Part shown: in pieces, positions 47,521 through 56,507 of the stretch
Position numbering within the stretch: position 1 is the stretch's first letter
Layout: the number at the start of each line of letters is the position of its first letter
IMG/VR virus record: IMGVR_UViG_3300046010_007871
Coordinates: 1-58,478 of that record
DNA: 58,478 bases
Direction: 5' to 3' (one strand)
From: a virus
Lineage: Duplodnaviria > Caudoviricetes
Translations under genes and position numbers: made by a program
Notes under the pieces: generated by a model
The model's input: the letters and a program-made list of their open reading frames with translations, nothing else
The model's database searches: none
What the model was told of the DNA's origin: nothing

Positions 47521-48191
47521 TGTCGGATGGCCTCTGCAGGCACGGCGATCGGCACTTCTAGCCACCTGGTCCAGTAGGGGTAGGTGAGCGTGCCTTGGCT
47601 GAGCTGCGCCTGGTCCGAGAGGCCAGGATAGTCGGCTGGCAGGTTGCGCATCGGCATGCCATCTCGCAGCACTGGGAAGCCAGGCCACAGCTCGTCGTCG
47701 CGCATCTCACGCACGGCCCACGCGATGACTCGCCCGCATCCGGTCGAGCGCTTCTTGCCCACGTACGAGATGAGCTGCAGCAACCGCCACACCTCGTCTC
47801 GGTCGCCGACGCACCACCAGGTCATGCGGTCACCTGCAGCGTGAAACGTGCGCAGAGGCAGCCGATACGAGCGAGCCGCGCCTGCATCGATGCGATACGA
47901 CCGAAACCGTTGCTCTCCCAGTGCTTGCGCCTCTTGCTGCGGGAAGCGTCGGTTGATCCACCGCTGCTCTGACTCCTCCACCTCGCAGTGTCCGACGCTG
48001 GCGAGGTGAAAGCGTCGCGAGTCATGCCATGCGACTGGGATGTCGACATGCCTTAGCTCGGTCTCTAACGGGGCGTTGTAGATGCCCTGCTCCATGGCGA
48101 CGGCTGCGGCGAGCAGCCCATCGAGTGCGAGCGGTCCGTTTGGCAGCGCTACGGCGCCTCGGAGCGTTGCGACGACCTCGAGCGCCCTCAC
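47517..48191 (-). CDS. csf3: Type IV Cas5-like RAMP (Csf3)
   Basis: LALDGLLAAA, VGD...LL...VGKKRSTGCGRV G-rich loop, MRNLP, YPYW. Confidence 0.85.
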   Translation of the reverse strand: MRALEVVATLRGAVALPNGPLALDGLLAAAVAMEQGIYNAPLETELRHVDIPVAWHDSRRFHLASVGHCEVEESEQRWINRRFPQQEAQALGEQRFRSYRIDAGAARSYRLPLRTFHAAGDRMTWWCVGDRDEVWRLLQLISYVGKKRSTGCGRVIAWAVREMRDDELWPGFPVLRDGMPMRNLPADYPGLSDQAQLSQGTLTYPYWTRWLEVPIAVPAEAIRQ

Positions 48192-49201
48192 GCTTCCACC
48201 TGTCCGAGGAAGCTTCGGATTTCGGTCTTGCGCTCTGCGACGTGCGCGCGGAAGAGCTCGCCCACGCGCGGCGCTAGCTCAGTTGGTGCGATGGGCAACA
48301 GCGTATCGGCGGGTCTCGCCAGCTCGATGTCCCACGCCTTGACCGGGCGCACCTCACCATGCCCTGTGCCTCGCTTGCCACCGACGCGAGCGCGAGACAG
48401 GAAGCCCACCGCGGCCAGCCGGAACGTGTCGAGCGCGAGCGCGCTGTAGACCGTGGCCTGGCACCCCCAGTAGAGGAGTGACCCTTGCGCAATGCGCTCG
48501 TATCGGCGCGGCATCATGGCGCTCTTGCTCCTGCCTCGTGCGACGGCGTCGTCGCTCTCGCTAGCCGCTTCGCTGTCTGCGAGCTTGCCGAGCAGCTTGA
48601 CCTGGTCCTCGCCAGTCGTGAGCTCACGCAGCGATGGCCGTAGCATCGGGTCCATGCGCACGCGCTGCACCTCCTCGACGTGCTCGCGCGCGGTGGCGAT
48701 ATGCGCGCCGGTCTCGCGCACGTACGCCATGACGTGCTCGGGCACGAAGCGCGCCGTCTCGTCGCAGATGACCGTGGCATCGTCCACCTCGAGCATGCCT
48801 GGGATCATGCGGTTCTGTGCGCATCCTCCGAACAGCTCAAGCGCTGGCACGAGCTCGCACAGCTTGCGGTACTCGTCGAGGCGCACGACGGCACCATCCG
48901 AGCCGCGGCCCTTGATCATGCCGCCCGCAAATAGCAGGCGCAGCGCGGCCTCGTTCAGCGTGTTGCGCTCGAGCAGCCCCGCGGCGTCGAGAAACATGTA
49001 CGCCGCAGCCTCGCGCATGCCGTGGCGCATCGTGTCGGCGGTCACGATGGGCACGAGCGAGAATCGGCCATCGGCGCGGCGCACCTTGCGGCGCATGATG
49101 ACGGCCTCGTTTCCGATGGACTCGGCGTGGTGCGCGATGGGCTGTGCAGCCTCGAGCACGAAGTCGTAGCGGTGGCGTTGCATGCTGGTCTTGTCAGACA
49201 T
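48188..49201 (-). CDS. csf2: Type IV Cas7-like backbone (Csf2)
   Basis: PIAH, VPIVTADTMRHGMRE, LLFAGG, LFGG...MIPGML, VGGKRGTGHG. Confidence 0.9.
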   Translation of the reverse strand: MSDKTSMQRHRYDFVLEAAQPIAHHAESIGNEAVIMRRKVRRADGRFSLVPIVTADTMRHGMREAAAYMFLDAAGLLERNTLNEAALRLLFAGGMIKGRGSDGAVVRLDEYRKLCELVPALELFGGCAQNRMIPGMLEVDDATVICDETARFVPEHVMAYVRETGAHIATAREHVEEVQRVRMDPMLRPSLRELTTGEDQVKLLGKLADSEAASESDDAVARGRSKSAMMPRRYERIAQGSLLYWGCQATVYSALALDTFRLAAVGFLSRARVGGKRGTGHGEVRPVKAWDIELARPADTLLPIAPTELAPRVGELFRAHVAERKTEIRSFLGQVEA

Positions 49202-49592
49202 CGTCAATCTCCCCTTCGTGTGCCCTGCGTTCCTCTGCGCGCGTCTCGGTGATGAGTCGCGCCATGGCCATGAGTAGCCCCGTTTCTCGCTCGACGAGGT
49301 CGAGCACTTCGCGGTCGCCGTGGTCGCGTGCGACCTTCGACAGATCCCACAGCGTTTGCGCGCCCAGCTTGTCGAGCGTCGTGGGCAGCTGCAGCCCGCG
49401 CAGTACCGCCGTGGTCCACTCGTCGACCGTGCCGCAGCGTCGAGCTGCACTCAAGATGCGCCCCTGTAGCTGCTCCCAGTGCTTGAGCACTACCGCGGCG
49501 CCATAGGTGCGCAAGTAACGGCGGCGCGCTGCGAGGATAAACTCAACCAGCGCGGTGCGCGCCTTGTCTGCGTGTTGTTCGCCTAGACTCAC
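49194..49592 (-). CDS. cas11: Type IV-B small subunit (Cas11-like)
   Basis: About 132 aa, all-helical (HWEQLQGRILSAA), between csf1 and csf2. Confidence 0.65.
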   Translation of the reverse strand: MSLGEQHADKARTALVEFILAARRRYLRTYGAAVVLKHWEQLQGRILSAARRCGTVDEWTTAVLRGLQLPTTLDKLGAQTLWDLSKVARDHGDREVLDLVERETGLLMAMARLITETRAEERRAHEGEIDDV

Positions 49593-50466
49593 TGCGTTTC
49601 CCCTTCTCTTCAATCATGCGCGCGGCGACGGTCTCCTCGTCGCGTTGCGCGAGCCACAGACAGAGCGCAAACCACGCGAGCGACCTCGCGTATCTCCAGT
49701 CGCGCTCGAAGTGTTCGATGCGCTCACGGCATCGCTGGTATGCGTGCGAGGTGTACGCGCCGCGCTGAATCTCCTCTTTGGTGGCGCCCGCGGTCAGGAG
49801 CTCGGTCGTGTCGCCGACCAGGCCCCAGAGCCGAGACGACGCCGGTGGGATGAACACCTCGGACTCCTCGAAGCGCACGCGCCCGCTGCCTCGGCGCATG
49901 TTGATGGGCGTGTATGGCAGCACGTGCCTTTGGCCTGTGTCGGAGATGGCGGCAAACCATGTGCAGGGCTCAAGCGGGCTCGACGTTGCCATGCGGCGCA
50001 AGAAGGCCAGGATCTTGGGCTTCTCTCCCTTGGTTGCGTTGTCGAGCGTGTGCCCGTCGTACAGGTGCGTGAAGTTGCTCCACCTGCCTGCGCTTTCCTT
50101 GCGGCACGTGCCGTCGCACTTGGCGCATGGCTGCCCAGGCTCGCGGTGCCCTCGGTTGCCTTTGCGAGCCTGCGCTTGCGATGGCTCGACGCCGGTGCCG
50201 TTGCATCGATCGCACGGCTTTGGCTCTCGGCCCACGACTGGCGAAAACCGAGCGCGCACGTACACGCATGCCTCGCATACGTGGTCCGAGTGCGGCGAGC
50301 AAAACGACGTCTGGTCAGTCAGCGATGAGCCGATAAACTCCCACACGAGTTTGCCGCGCGTGCTCTCACCACCGCACACCGCGCACGGCTCTGCCTCGTG
50401 TGCGGCGCAGCCCTCGACGGCAGGTCGACCAACGTAGGCATGCGCGAGCTGCGAGGCCGAGATCAT
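49543..50466 (-). CDS. csf1: Type IV large subunit (Csf1/Cas8-like)
   Basis: CAVCG...SSLTDQ...VCEAC zinc finger, WSNFTHL, AISDTGQRHVLP; position in the operon. Confidence 0.75.
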   Translation of the reverse strand: MISASQLAHAYVGRPAVEGCAAHEAEPCAVCGGESTRGKLVWEFIGSSLTDQTSFCSPHSDHVCEACVYVRARFSPVVGREPKPCDRCNGTGVEPSQAQARKGNRGHREPGQPCAKCDGTCRKESAGRWSNFTHLYDGHTLDNATKGEKPKILAFLRRMATSSPLEPCTWFAAISDTGQRHVLPYTPINMRRGSGRVRFEESEVFIPPASSRLWGLVGDTTELLTAGATKEEIQRGAYTSHAYQRCRERIEHFERDWRYARSLAWFALCLWLAQRDEETVAARMIEEKGKRSESRRTTRRQGAHRAG

Positions 50467-50744
50467 CGCTTGACCATCCGCGCCGACTGATAGGGCAACA
50501 TCTGCCGCATGCGCCACTCGCGCAGCGCGCTGGTGTGGGCGCGCACTTCGTTGTTAGCGATGTCGAGGAACACCGGCAGCGGGTCGCGCTTGCGGAGCGC
50601 CAGCTGCCTCGCGTTCTGCGGGGTGATGTCGCCGAGCTGCGCCGCGATGTGCTTCCACGACGAGACCCAGCCGTGCTCGAGCGTGCCCTCTAGCTGCGCC
50701 ACGCGGGCCTCTAGGTCCTCGAGACGCGAGAGCGCATCTTTCAT
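50463..50744 (-). CDS. Small DNA-binding protein (excisionase/MerR-like HTH)
   Basis: SWKHIAAQLG...DPLPV...ALREW. Confidence 0.55.
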   Translation of the reverse strand: MKDALSRLEDLEARVAQLEGTLEHGWVSSWKHIAAQLGDITPQNARQLALRKRDPLPVFLDIANNEVRAHTSALREWRMRQMLPYQSARMVKR

Positions 50745-50971
50745 GGCTTGGCGGCTCGGTAGCGCCGGATGTGCACCACCTTGTAGGTGATGGTCTTGGG
50801 CGATTCTTGGCGCAACGCACGAGCTCGAAAACGTGCGGCGCCGCGCGAACCAAACTGCGTGGTCGGCAAGATGGCGGTCTTGTCGCCGATGGGGCCGCGT
50901 CGCTCGCCGTCGACGTAGTAGATCACCTGCCAGTACTCGGCGATGAGCTTGCGTTCAGAAGGGAAGTTCAT
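50741..50971 (-). CDS. Hypothetical protein
   Basis: GGAGG RBS; ATGA overlap downstream. Confidence 0.5.
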   Translation of the reverse strand: MNFPSERKLIAEYWQVIYYVDGERRGPIGDKTAILPTTQFGSRGAARFRARALRQESPKTITYKVVHIRRYRAAKP

Positions 50972-51407
50972 CGACGCCTCCCTCGGGCGAGTAGTCCGCG
51001 ACCTGCGGCTGTGCTCGTCGAGCTCCACCGCCGTGGCTGCCGTTGCCGCGTGCGCCCTGCTCGCTCTCTGGCCCTCGGCCTGCGAGGTAGACCTGGCTGG
51101 CGTGCACCTCGGTCTTGTAGCGCTTCTCGCCGGTTTTCTTGTCGTCGTAGCTCGTGGTGCGCAACGAGCCCTCGACGATGACGGTGGAGCCCTTGCGCAG
51201 GATGCGTGCGAGCCCCTCGGCCCGCTTGCCCCACACCACGACGCGCACCCATTCGGTGCGTTGCTGGCGCTCCTTGTTTGCGTCGAGGTAGCTTTCGTTG
51301 ATTGCGAGCGAGAGCGTCATCACGCTCGCGCCGCCTTGCGTGCTGCGCAGCTCGGGGTCTTGTCCGAGGTTGCCCATCACGATGACCCTGTTCATTCCCT
51401 CAGCCAT
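50955..51407 (-). CDS. ssb: Single-stranded DNA-binding protein
   Basis: NRVIVMGNLGQDPELR...TEWVRVVVWGK...VEGSL, C-terminal DELPF. Confidence 0.97.
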   Translation of the reverse strand: MAEGMNRVIVMGNLGQDPELRSTQGGASVMTLSLAINESYLDANKERQQRTEWVRVVVWGKRAEGLARILRKGSTVIVEGSLRTTSYDDKKTGEKRYKTEVHASQVYLAGRGPESEQGARGNGSHGGGARRAQPQVADYSPEGGVDELPF

Positions 51408-51906
51408 GTCGTGTCCCTTTCCATGCTTCACTTGCGGCCATGAAGGCCTCGATTGTTTGCGTGATGATGCTGGCGAGCGCCGGGTGCTGCGAGCTGCAGG
51501 ACAGGGCGAGCCAAGCTTTGACGCTCAGCTTGGGCGCCTTGGCCTTGCGCTGGTCTGCCTCGTACGCCTCGCGCGTGGCTGGCATGTGCGCGGCCAAGTT
51601 GGCGAGCTGGCCCAGGTGAGCCACGGTCTGCGGTGGTGCGTTGGCGCCTCCGTAGACGTGCCAGAGCGCGCTAGCGTGCTCGGTCGTGAGAGCGTCGAGC
51701 CGCTTGCGGATGGCTCGGTGCCGTGCTGTCGCGCGCATGTGCGCGTCGGTCATGCGCTGGTCGGGCTTGGCAGCGCTGCCACCGAAGGCGCCCTGAGCGG
51801 CTGACACCATCGGCCCCCAGCTGCTGGCGATGCCCATCTCGCTGGCCGACTGTTGCCAGTACCAGGTGAGGTCGTCGTTAGCTATGGGCCGCGGCTTCGG
51901 TCGCAT
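51400..51906 (-). CDS. Hypothetical protein
   Basis: In operon with its neighbours. Confidence 0.55.
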   Translation of the reverse strand: MRPKPRPIANDDLTWYWQQSASEMGIASSWGPMVSAAQGAFGGSAAKPDQRMTDAHMRATARHRAIRKRLDALTTEHASALWHVYGGANAPPQTVAHLGQLANLAAHMPATREAYEADQRKAKAPKLSVKAWLALSCSSQHPALASIITQTIEAFMAASEAWKGTRHG

Positions 51907-51908
51907 GG

Positions 51909-52229
51909 CTAGTTGACTCCGCTTTGCTTTCTTGCGCGCAGCGCCGCTAGCTTTTCGCCATACATTCGGAGCACCTTCAGGATGGCATCGGCGGCGACGT
52001 CGCCCGTGTCGCGAGAGGCAGCGAGAAGCAGCATGGCGAGGTCGCCCGCGGTGTCGCCCGTGAGCACGAACGTGCCTTGTAGCTCTCCCGTTGCGCTGTA
52101 GAGTCGGATGGCGACTTGCATCGTGGTGGATGCGTCGCCGACGATGACATCCGCGGTCGACACCGCGAGTTCTATCGCTGCGATGCGACCCTCATCGTCG
52201 AGGATGTGCAGCGACAGGCGAGGCGTCAC
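51909..52229 (-). CDS. Hypothetical protein
   Basis: GTGA overlap; part of a run of small ORFs up to 52849. Confidence 0.5.
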   Translation of the reverse strand: MTPRLSLHILDDEGRIAAIELAVSTADVIVGDASTTMQVAIRLYSATGELQGTFVLTGDTAGDLAMLLLAASRDTGDVAADAILKVLRMYGEKLAALRARKQSGVN

Positions 52230-52835
52230 AGCGTCTCGCGCACGTGCTCAGCGCGCAGCCATGAGCCTCGGTCGTCGAGCAGTCGATCTCGATTCTCGTA
52301 GGCACACATCTCGCCGCTAAGGAGCAGCGCAATCGGCCCCTCGGGTGTCGAGCCTGCGATGTCGACGACCTCCCAGGCAAACCCAGGCATCGCGCGGAGC
52401 CAAAACGTATCCCCTACTTGTACATCGCTCATGGTTGGTCCCTTTCTCAATCTGCTACCACAAGACGCTGCCACTCGGGCAGCTGGTCGTCGTCGATGAT
52501 GGCCACGAGGTTCCCTGCCTCGGCCACGTACTGTCTGCCATGCTCACGCTCGCGAATCTCGGTGATCGAGAACACGAGCGCGGTGTAGTGCCGTGGCGCT
52601 GGCGGCTCCCACGCCCTGCGCCGGATGAGGTCGCCCAGCTGCAGTCTCGCCGCATCAGTCATGGCTTGCGCTCGGGAACATGTATCGCACGCAAAACCCC
52701 ACGCGGCTCTTGGTCTGAATCCTCCCGGTGCGCACGCATTCGTGCTGCACGTGGATGGCATCGATGCGCACGACCTTGCCGACGTATGCCGAGCCGTCAG
52801 CAGGAATGACGATGTCGCCAACCCTGCACCAGTAG

Positions 52836-53564
52836 TCATCGTTGCTCATGGCTTGCGCCCTCTACCACGGTGCCATCCAGTCTTGCGAGCGCAGAGCGCA
52901 CGTCGCGCAGTGCCTCGGTGCGCTCATCGTGCGGCCACTCGTCCAGTGCGGCAAGCGCCTCGAGCAGCACGTGCCGGTGCACCCTGCGGCGGCTCATGTC
53001 GTCGGTCTTGCCCCATGCGTCGGCCACCTCGGGCGGCAGTCCTGGCGGCGCTACCTGCGTGACCTCGACCTTCTGCGCGGCGTTGGCGCCCACGAGCGGG
53101 GCCCATGCACCCGTGACCACGGCGATGGCCTTGGCCTTGGCCGTAGGTGCCTCGTCGCTATCGCGCACCTCCTGCACGCTCTCCTCGAGCGCGGTAGCCA
53201 AGCGGTCTCGCACGTAGCTCGGGTCTTGCGCTCGCACGCGGCGCCACGCCTCTGCGGCCAAGCTCTCCATGGCCTTGTCGCTGAGGCCCCAACGCGCGCC
53301 GAGCTCTAGGCCAGTTCGGCCACGCACCCACGAGTGAGGCATCATGGCCATGATCGCGCGCACGCGGTCCTCTCGCGTCGGCGGACACTCCTCGGTCACG
53401 TCCGTGTTGCCGTTGGGGTTCGTCGGACCGAGAGGCGCGTCGAACATCGCGGCGATGTGCTCGGGCTCGACCTCGGTAGCCGCGCGCGCGCGCGAACCTA
53501 GGGCGGGTGCTGAAGATTTCTTTCCCCCTATTTTCCTCTGTTCTTTCGAGTGTTTAGCAGCCAC
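52836..53564 (-). CDS. HTH protein, candidate terminase small subunit
   Basis: ELGARWGLS HTH followed by LVGANAAQKVEVT, resembling the TerS LLG..AP.KVEV motif. Confidence 0.45.
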   Translation of the reverse strand: MAAKHSKEQRKIGGKKSSAPALGSRARAATEVEPEHIAAMFDAPLGPTNPNGNTDVTEECPPTREDRVRAIMAMMPHSWVRGRTGLELGARWGLSDKAMESLAAEAWRRVRAQDPSYVRDRLATALEESVQEVRDSDEAPTAKAKAIAVVTGAWAPLVGANAAQKVEVTQVAPPGLPPEVADAWGKTDDMSRRRVHRHVLLEALAALDEWPHDERTEALRDVRSALARLDGTVVEGASHEQR

Positions 53565-53682
53565 TAGCTTATGTCCCTTCTAGCTGGTCAATCACTTACC
53601 ATCTTGACACGATGCCCGAACCGGGGCGAGGCTACGCGCGCGGTCTCTGGTAGCGCTCTGGTGCTTCTCCCCCCCCTGCAGA

Positions 53683-55068
53683 TCATGGATGGTCGGACGG
53701 GTCGAGGTTGTCGAAGCGCGTAGAGTGCCCGGTCCAGCGCAGGGGCACCTTGCCGGTGCTCCCTGCACGGTGCTTGGCGACGATGACCTCGGCCATGTTG
53801 GTCTTGGGCTTGTCGTCGCCGGTCGAGTAGTAGTCCTCGCGATAAATAAAGATCACGTTGTCGGCGTCCTGCTCGATGGCGCCGGATTCGCGGAGGTCGG
53901 AGAGAAGCGGGCGCTTGTCGGCTCGGGACTCGACGGAGCGAGAGAGCTGGGAGAGGGCGAGCACGGCGACGTGGAACTCTTTGGCGATGGCCTTGAGGTC
54001 GCGGGAGATGGAGGAGATCTCCTGCTCGCGCGAGTCGCCGCGGCCTGTGACGAGCTGCAGGTAGTCGACCACGACTAGGCCGAGCTCGCGGCCTGCGGTG
54101 ATGGCGTCGCGCTGCTGGCGTCGGACGCGGCTGCGGATCTCGGCGGTGCTGATGGTGCCGCGGTCGTCGATCCACAGGCGCAGCTTGGACATGTCCGAGG
54201 CGCTTTCGACTAGCGACTGGTAGTCATGGCTGGTGCATCGCCCTACCTGCACGAGCTGGCTGTTGACGCTCGCGTCGGTGCAGTTGATGCGCAGGGCGAT
54301 CTGGTCGGCTGGCATCTCGAGCGAGAACACGAGCGTGTCGAGGCCAGCGCGGGCGCAGGCGAGGGCGTGCTGCATGGCCAGGGAGGTCTTGCCCATGCCG
54401 GGGCGAGCCGCGAGCACGGTGAGGGTGGAGGGGGCGTAGCCGCCGCTGAGCACGGTGTCGAGGTCGGTGTGGCCGGTGGCGACGCGGTTGGTGGCGCGAC
54501 CGTTGTTGCGCGCGGCCTCGATCTCGCTCCAGGCGGCGTGAAGGTGCGCGGCTAGGCTGTCGTCGGTGCGCTCGGTGTTGTTGTCGGCGATCTGCGCGAC
54601 GCGCTGCGCCGCGTTGGACATCCACTCGGGCACGTTCGGCACGTCGCCGTAGCCCTCGGCCACGAGGCGCTGGCACTCGAGCACGAGTAGGCGTCGGCTG
54701 TGGAGGTCGCGCACGATGCGCGCATGGTCCTCGGCGTGGGCCACTGCGGGCGTGGCGTCGAGGATCTGGATGATGTACGCGGCGCCTCCGACCTCGTTCA
54801 GCTGGTCTTTAGCCTGTAGCCGCGACGCGACGGCGATGCTGTCGATCTGCTGCCGCGCTTGGTCAATCTCGAGCAACGACTCGTAGATGCGCTGGTTTGC
54901 CCACGAGAAGAACATCTCGGGCTTGGGCAGGATATGCAGCACCGAGTCGAGCCGCGCCGGGTCGAGGATGATGGCCGAGAGCACCGCCGCCTCGGCGTCG
55001 AGGTCGCTCGGTGGCATGCGCCCAGCGATGCGCAGGATCGTGGCTGGCTTCTGCTCACGAGGCTTCAC
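53683..55068 (-). CDS. dnaB: Replicative DNA helicase
   Basis: AARPGMGKT, FSLEM, VVDYLQL, LSQLSR, SDLRESGAIEQDAD. Confidence 0.98.
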   Translation of the reverse strand: MKPREQKPATILRIAGRMPPSDLDAEAAVLSAIILDPARLDSVLHILPKPEMFFSWANQRIYESLLEIDQARQQIDSIAVASRLQAKDQLNEVGGAAYIIQILDATPAVAHAEDHARIVRDLHSRRLLVLECQRLVAEGYGDVPNVPEWMSNAAQRVAQIADNNTERTDDSLAAHLHAAWSEIEAARNNGRATNRVATGHTDLDTVLSGGYAPSTLTVLAARPGMGKTSLAMQHALACARAGLDTLVFSLEMPADQIALRINCTDASVNSQLVQVGRCTSHDYQSLVESASDMSKLRLWIDDRGTISTAEIRSRVRRQQRDAITAGRELGLVVVDYLQLVTGRGDSREQEISSISRDLKAIAKEFHVAVLALSQLSRSVESRADKRPLLSDLRESGAIEQDADNVIFIYREDYYSTGDDKPKTNMAEVIVAKHRAGSTGKVPLRWTGHSTRFDNLDPSDHP

Positions 55069-56266
55069 TGGCTACCACCTTGGCCGTTGCTGGGCCGCTA
55101 AGGGGGCGCGGCGAGGCTTTGTCGCCGCTCTGGGATGGTAGGGGCCACGGCATGCCCTCGGCCCATCCTGCGGCCACCATGGCGGGGAGAGGCCAAGGCT
55201 GTAGAGGGGTCCATCCGCAGGCCTTGCGAAACCGGAACATCTCCTCGGTCCGCTGGCGCTCCTCCTCCGTGAGCGTGTCGGGCACGATGCCCACGGTCTT
55301 GGTCGTGATGGGCCGCGGCTCGGCAGCTGCGAGGCCAGGCCTGCCAGTGCGAGCGGGTAGGCTCTGGGCCATGTCGGCCTCGCTGGCGCGCTGGGCAAAG
55401 GCCAGGATCGACTTGTTCGTGGTGGCGGCGTTGTAGCTACTCGCAGCCGCTAGGTCGAGCGCGCGGCGCACGGCGGCGATGACGTGCGCGGGCTTCTTGG
55501 CGTCGGCGTGGAATGCCAACCGCTGCGCTAGCTCCTGGGCGTTGGTGCCAGTGAGGCCCTGGTAGTACCGGTCGGCCTCGAGCAGCCTTCGGAGCTCTGC
55601 CTCCAGGTCGCCCGCCTGCCCGCCCGCCTTCTGCGCTGGTTGCGGCTCTGGCTTGGGTTCTGGCGGAGGAGCCTCGCGCGCCTGCGCACGTGCGTGCGCA
55701 CGCGAAGAGGCGACGGGCTGGCTAGGATCTAATTTCTCTCTCTCTGTCTGTCTCTCTTCTGTTTCTCTCTGTCTCTCTATCTCTCTCTCTTTTGTGGACA
55801 TGCTCGGGACATCTTGGGACATGGCTGGGACATGGCTGGGACGTGCTCGAGTGATTTTGTCCCGAGCACCACTCGTGCCTGGGACATGCTCGGGACATGG
55901 CTGGGACATGGCTGGGACATGGCCTTCGCGCTTGCGCTCTCGCTGATCTTGCTTCCGAGCCGTCTCATTCCACGAACTGCTTTGCTGTTCTGCGTGCTCT
56001 GGAAGCATCAGCAATCCATCTTGCATCATGACCAGCTCGGCTTCGATTAGCTCATCCATGGCTGGTTGGATAACGTCGAGACGAGCTCCGAACACGTTAG
56101 CCAGGCCTCGCAGTCCGAACTTGCCAAGCGCAACGGATGCTTGTCTGCCAGCTGCGCGTTGCAAATGCAGGTACAAGCTTCTTGCATCATAGCTAAGCGC
56201 TTTCCAGGTCATGGATTCATGCAGAAAGACCTTGATGAAGCGTTCTCGATCCCACTGGTTCGCCAT
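55055..56266 (-). CDS. Phage replication initiator (lambda O/replisome organiser-like)
   Basis: N-terminal wHTH (WKALSYDARSLYLHL), internal iteron repeats, upstream of dnaB. Confidence 0.7.
   Translation of the reverse strand: MANQWDRERFIKVFLHESMTWKALSYDARSLYLHLQRAAGRQASVALGKFGLRGLANVFGARLDVIQPAMDELIEAELVMMQDGLLMLPEHAEQQSSSWNETARKQDQRERKREGHVPAMSQPCPEHVPGTSGARDKITRARPSHVPAMSQDVPSMSTKEREIERQRETEERQTEREKLDPSQPVASSRAHARAQAREAPPPEPKPEPQPAQKAGGQAGDLEAELRRLLEADRYYQGLTGTNAQELAQRLAFHADAKKPAHVIAAVRRALDLAAASSYNAATTNKSILAFAQRASEADMAQSLPARTGRPGLAAAEPRPITTKTVGIVPDTLTEEERQRTEEMFRFRKACGWTPLQPWPLPAMVAAGWAEGMPWPLPSQSGDKASPRPLSGPATAKVVASEAS
55796..55924. repeat. Iteron-like repeats (putative replication origin)
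   Basis: Nine direct copies of about GGGACATGGCT at 10-11 bp spacing in two blocks, one inverted TGTCCC, next to a CT-rich tract at 55731-55793. Confidence 0.75.
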
Positions 56267-56267
56267 G

Positions 56268-56501
56268 TCACACCTCCGAGCCTGGGATCGACGCCAAGAT
56301 GTCGCTCTTTCGCTCTTGCCAACGCGTCGCGACGTACATCGTGTGAGCTGGAGTGCTCATGCCTGCAAGCACGCTCATCAGACCGTGCCTCGAGATGCCA
56401 ACGGCAACCGAGATGGGCCGGATGCCCGTCCGCTCGATGGCGTCGCGTATCTCGTCGGCGATGCTCTCTGGCAGCTTATCTCGCTTGATTGGTGACCTCA
56501 T
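56268..56501 (-). CDS. Cro-like HTH protein
   Basis: GIRPISVAVGISRHGLMSVLAG. Confidence 0.6.
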   Translation of the reverse strand: MRSPIKRDKLPESIADEIRDAIERTGIRPISVAVGISRHGLMSVLAGMSTPAHTMYVATRWQERKSDILASIPGSEV

Positions 56502-56507
56502 GAGCCT

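Noticed and set aside
53600-53640. + strand TTGACACG between dnaB and the TerS candidate as an antisense promoter
   Set aside because: No plausible -10 at 16-18 nt and no downstream + strand gene
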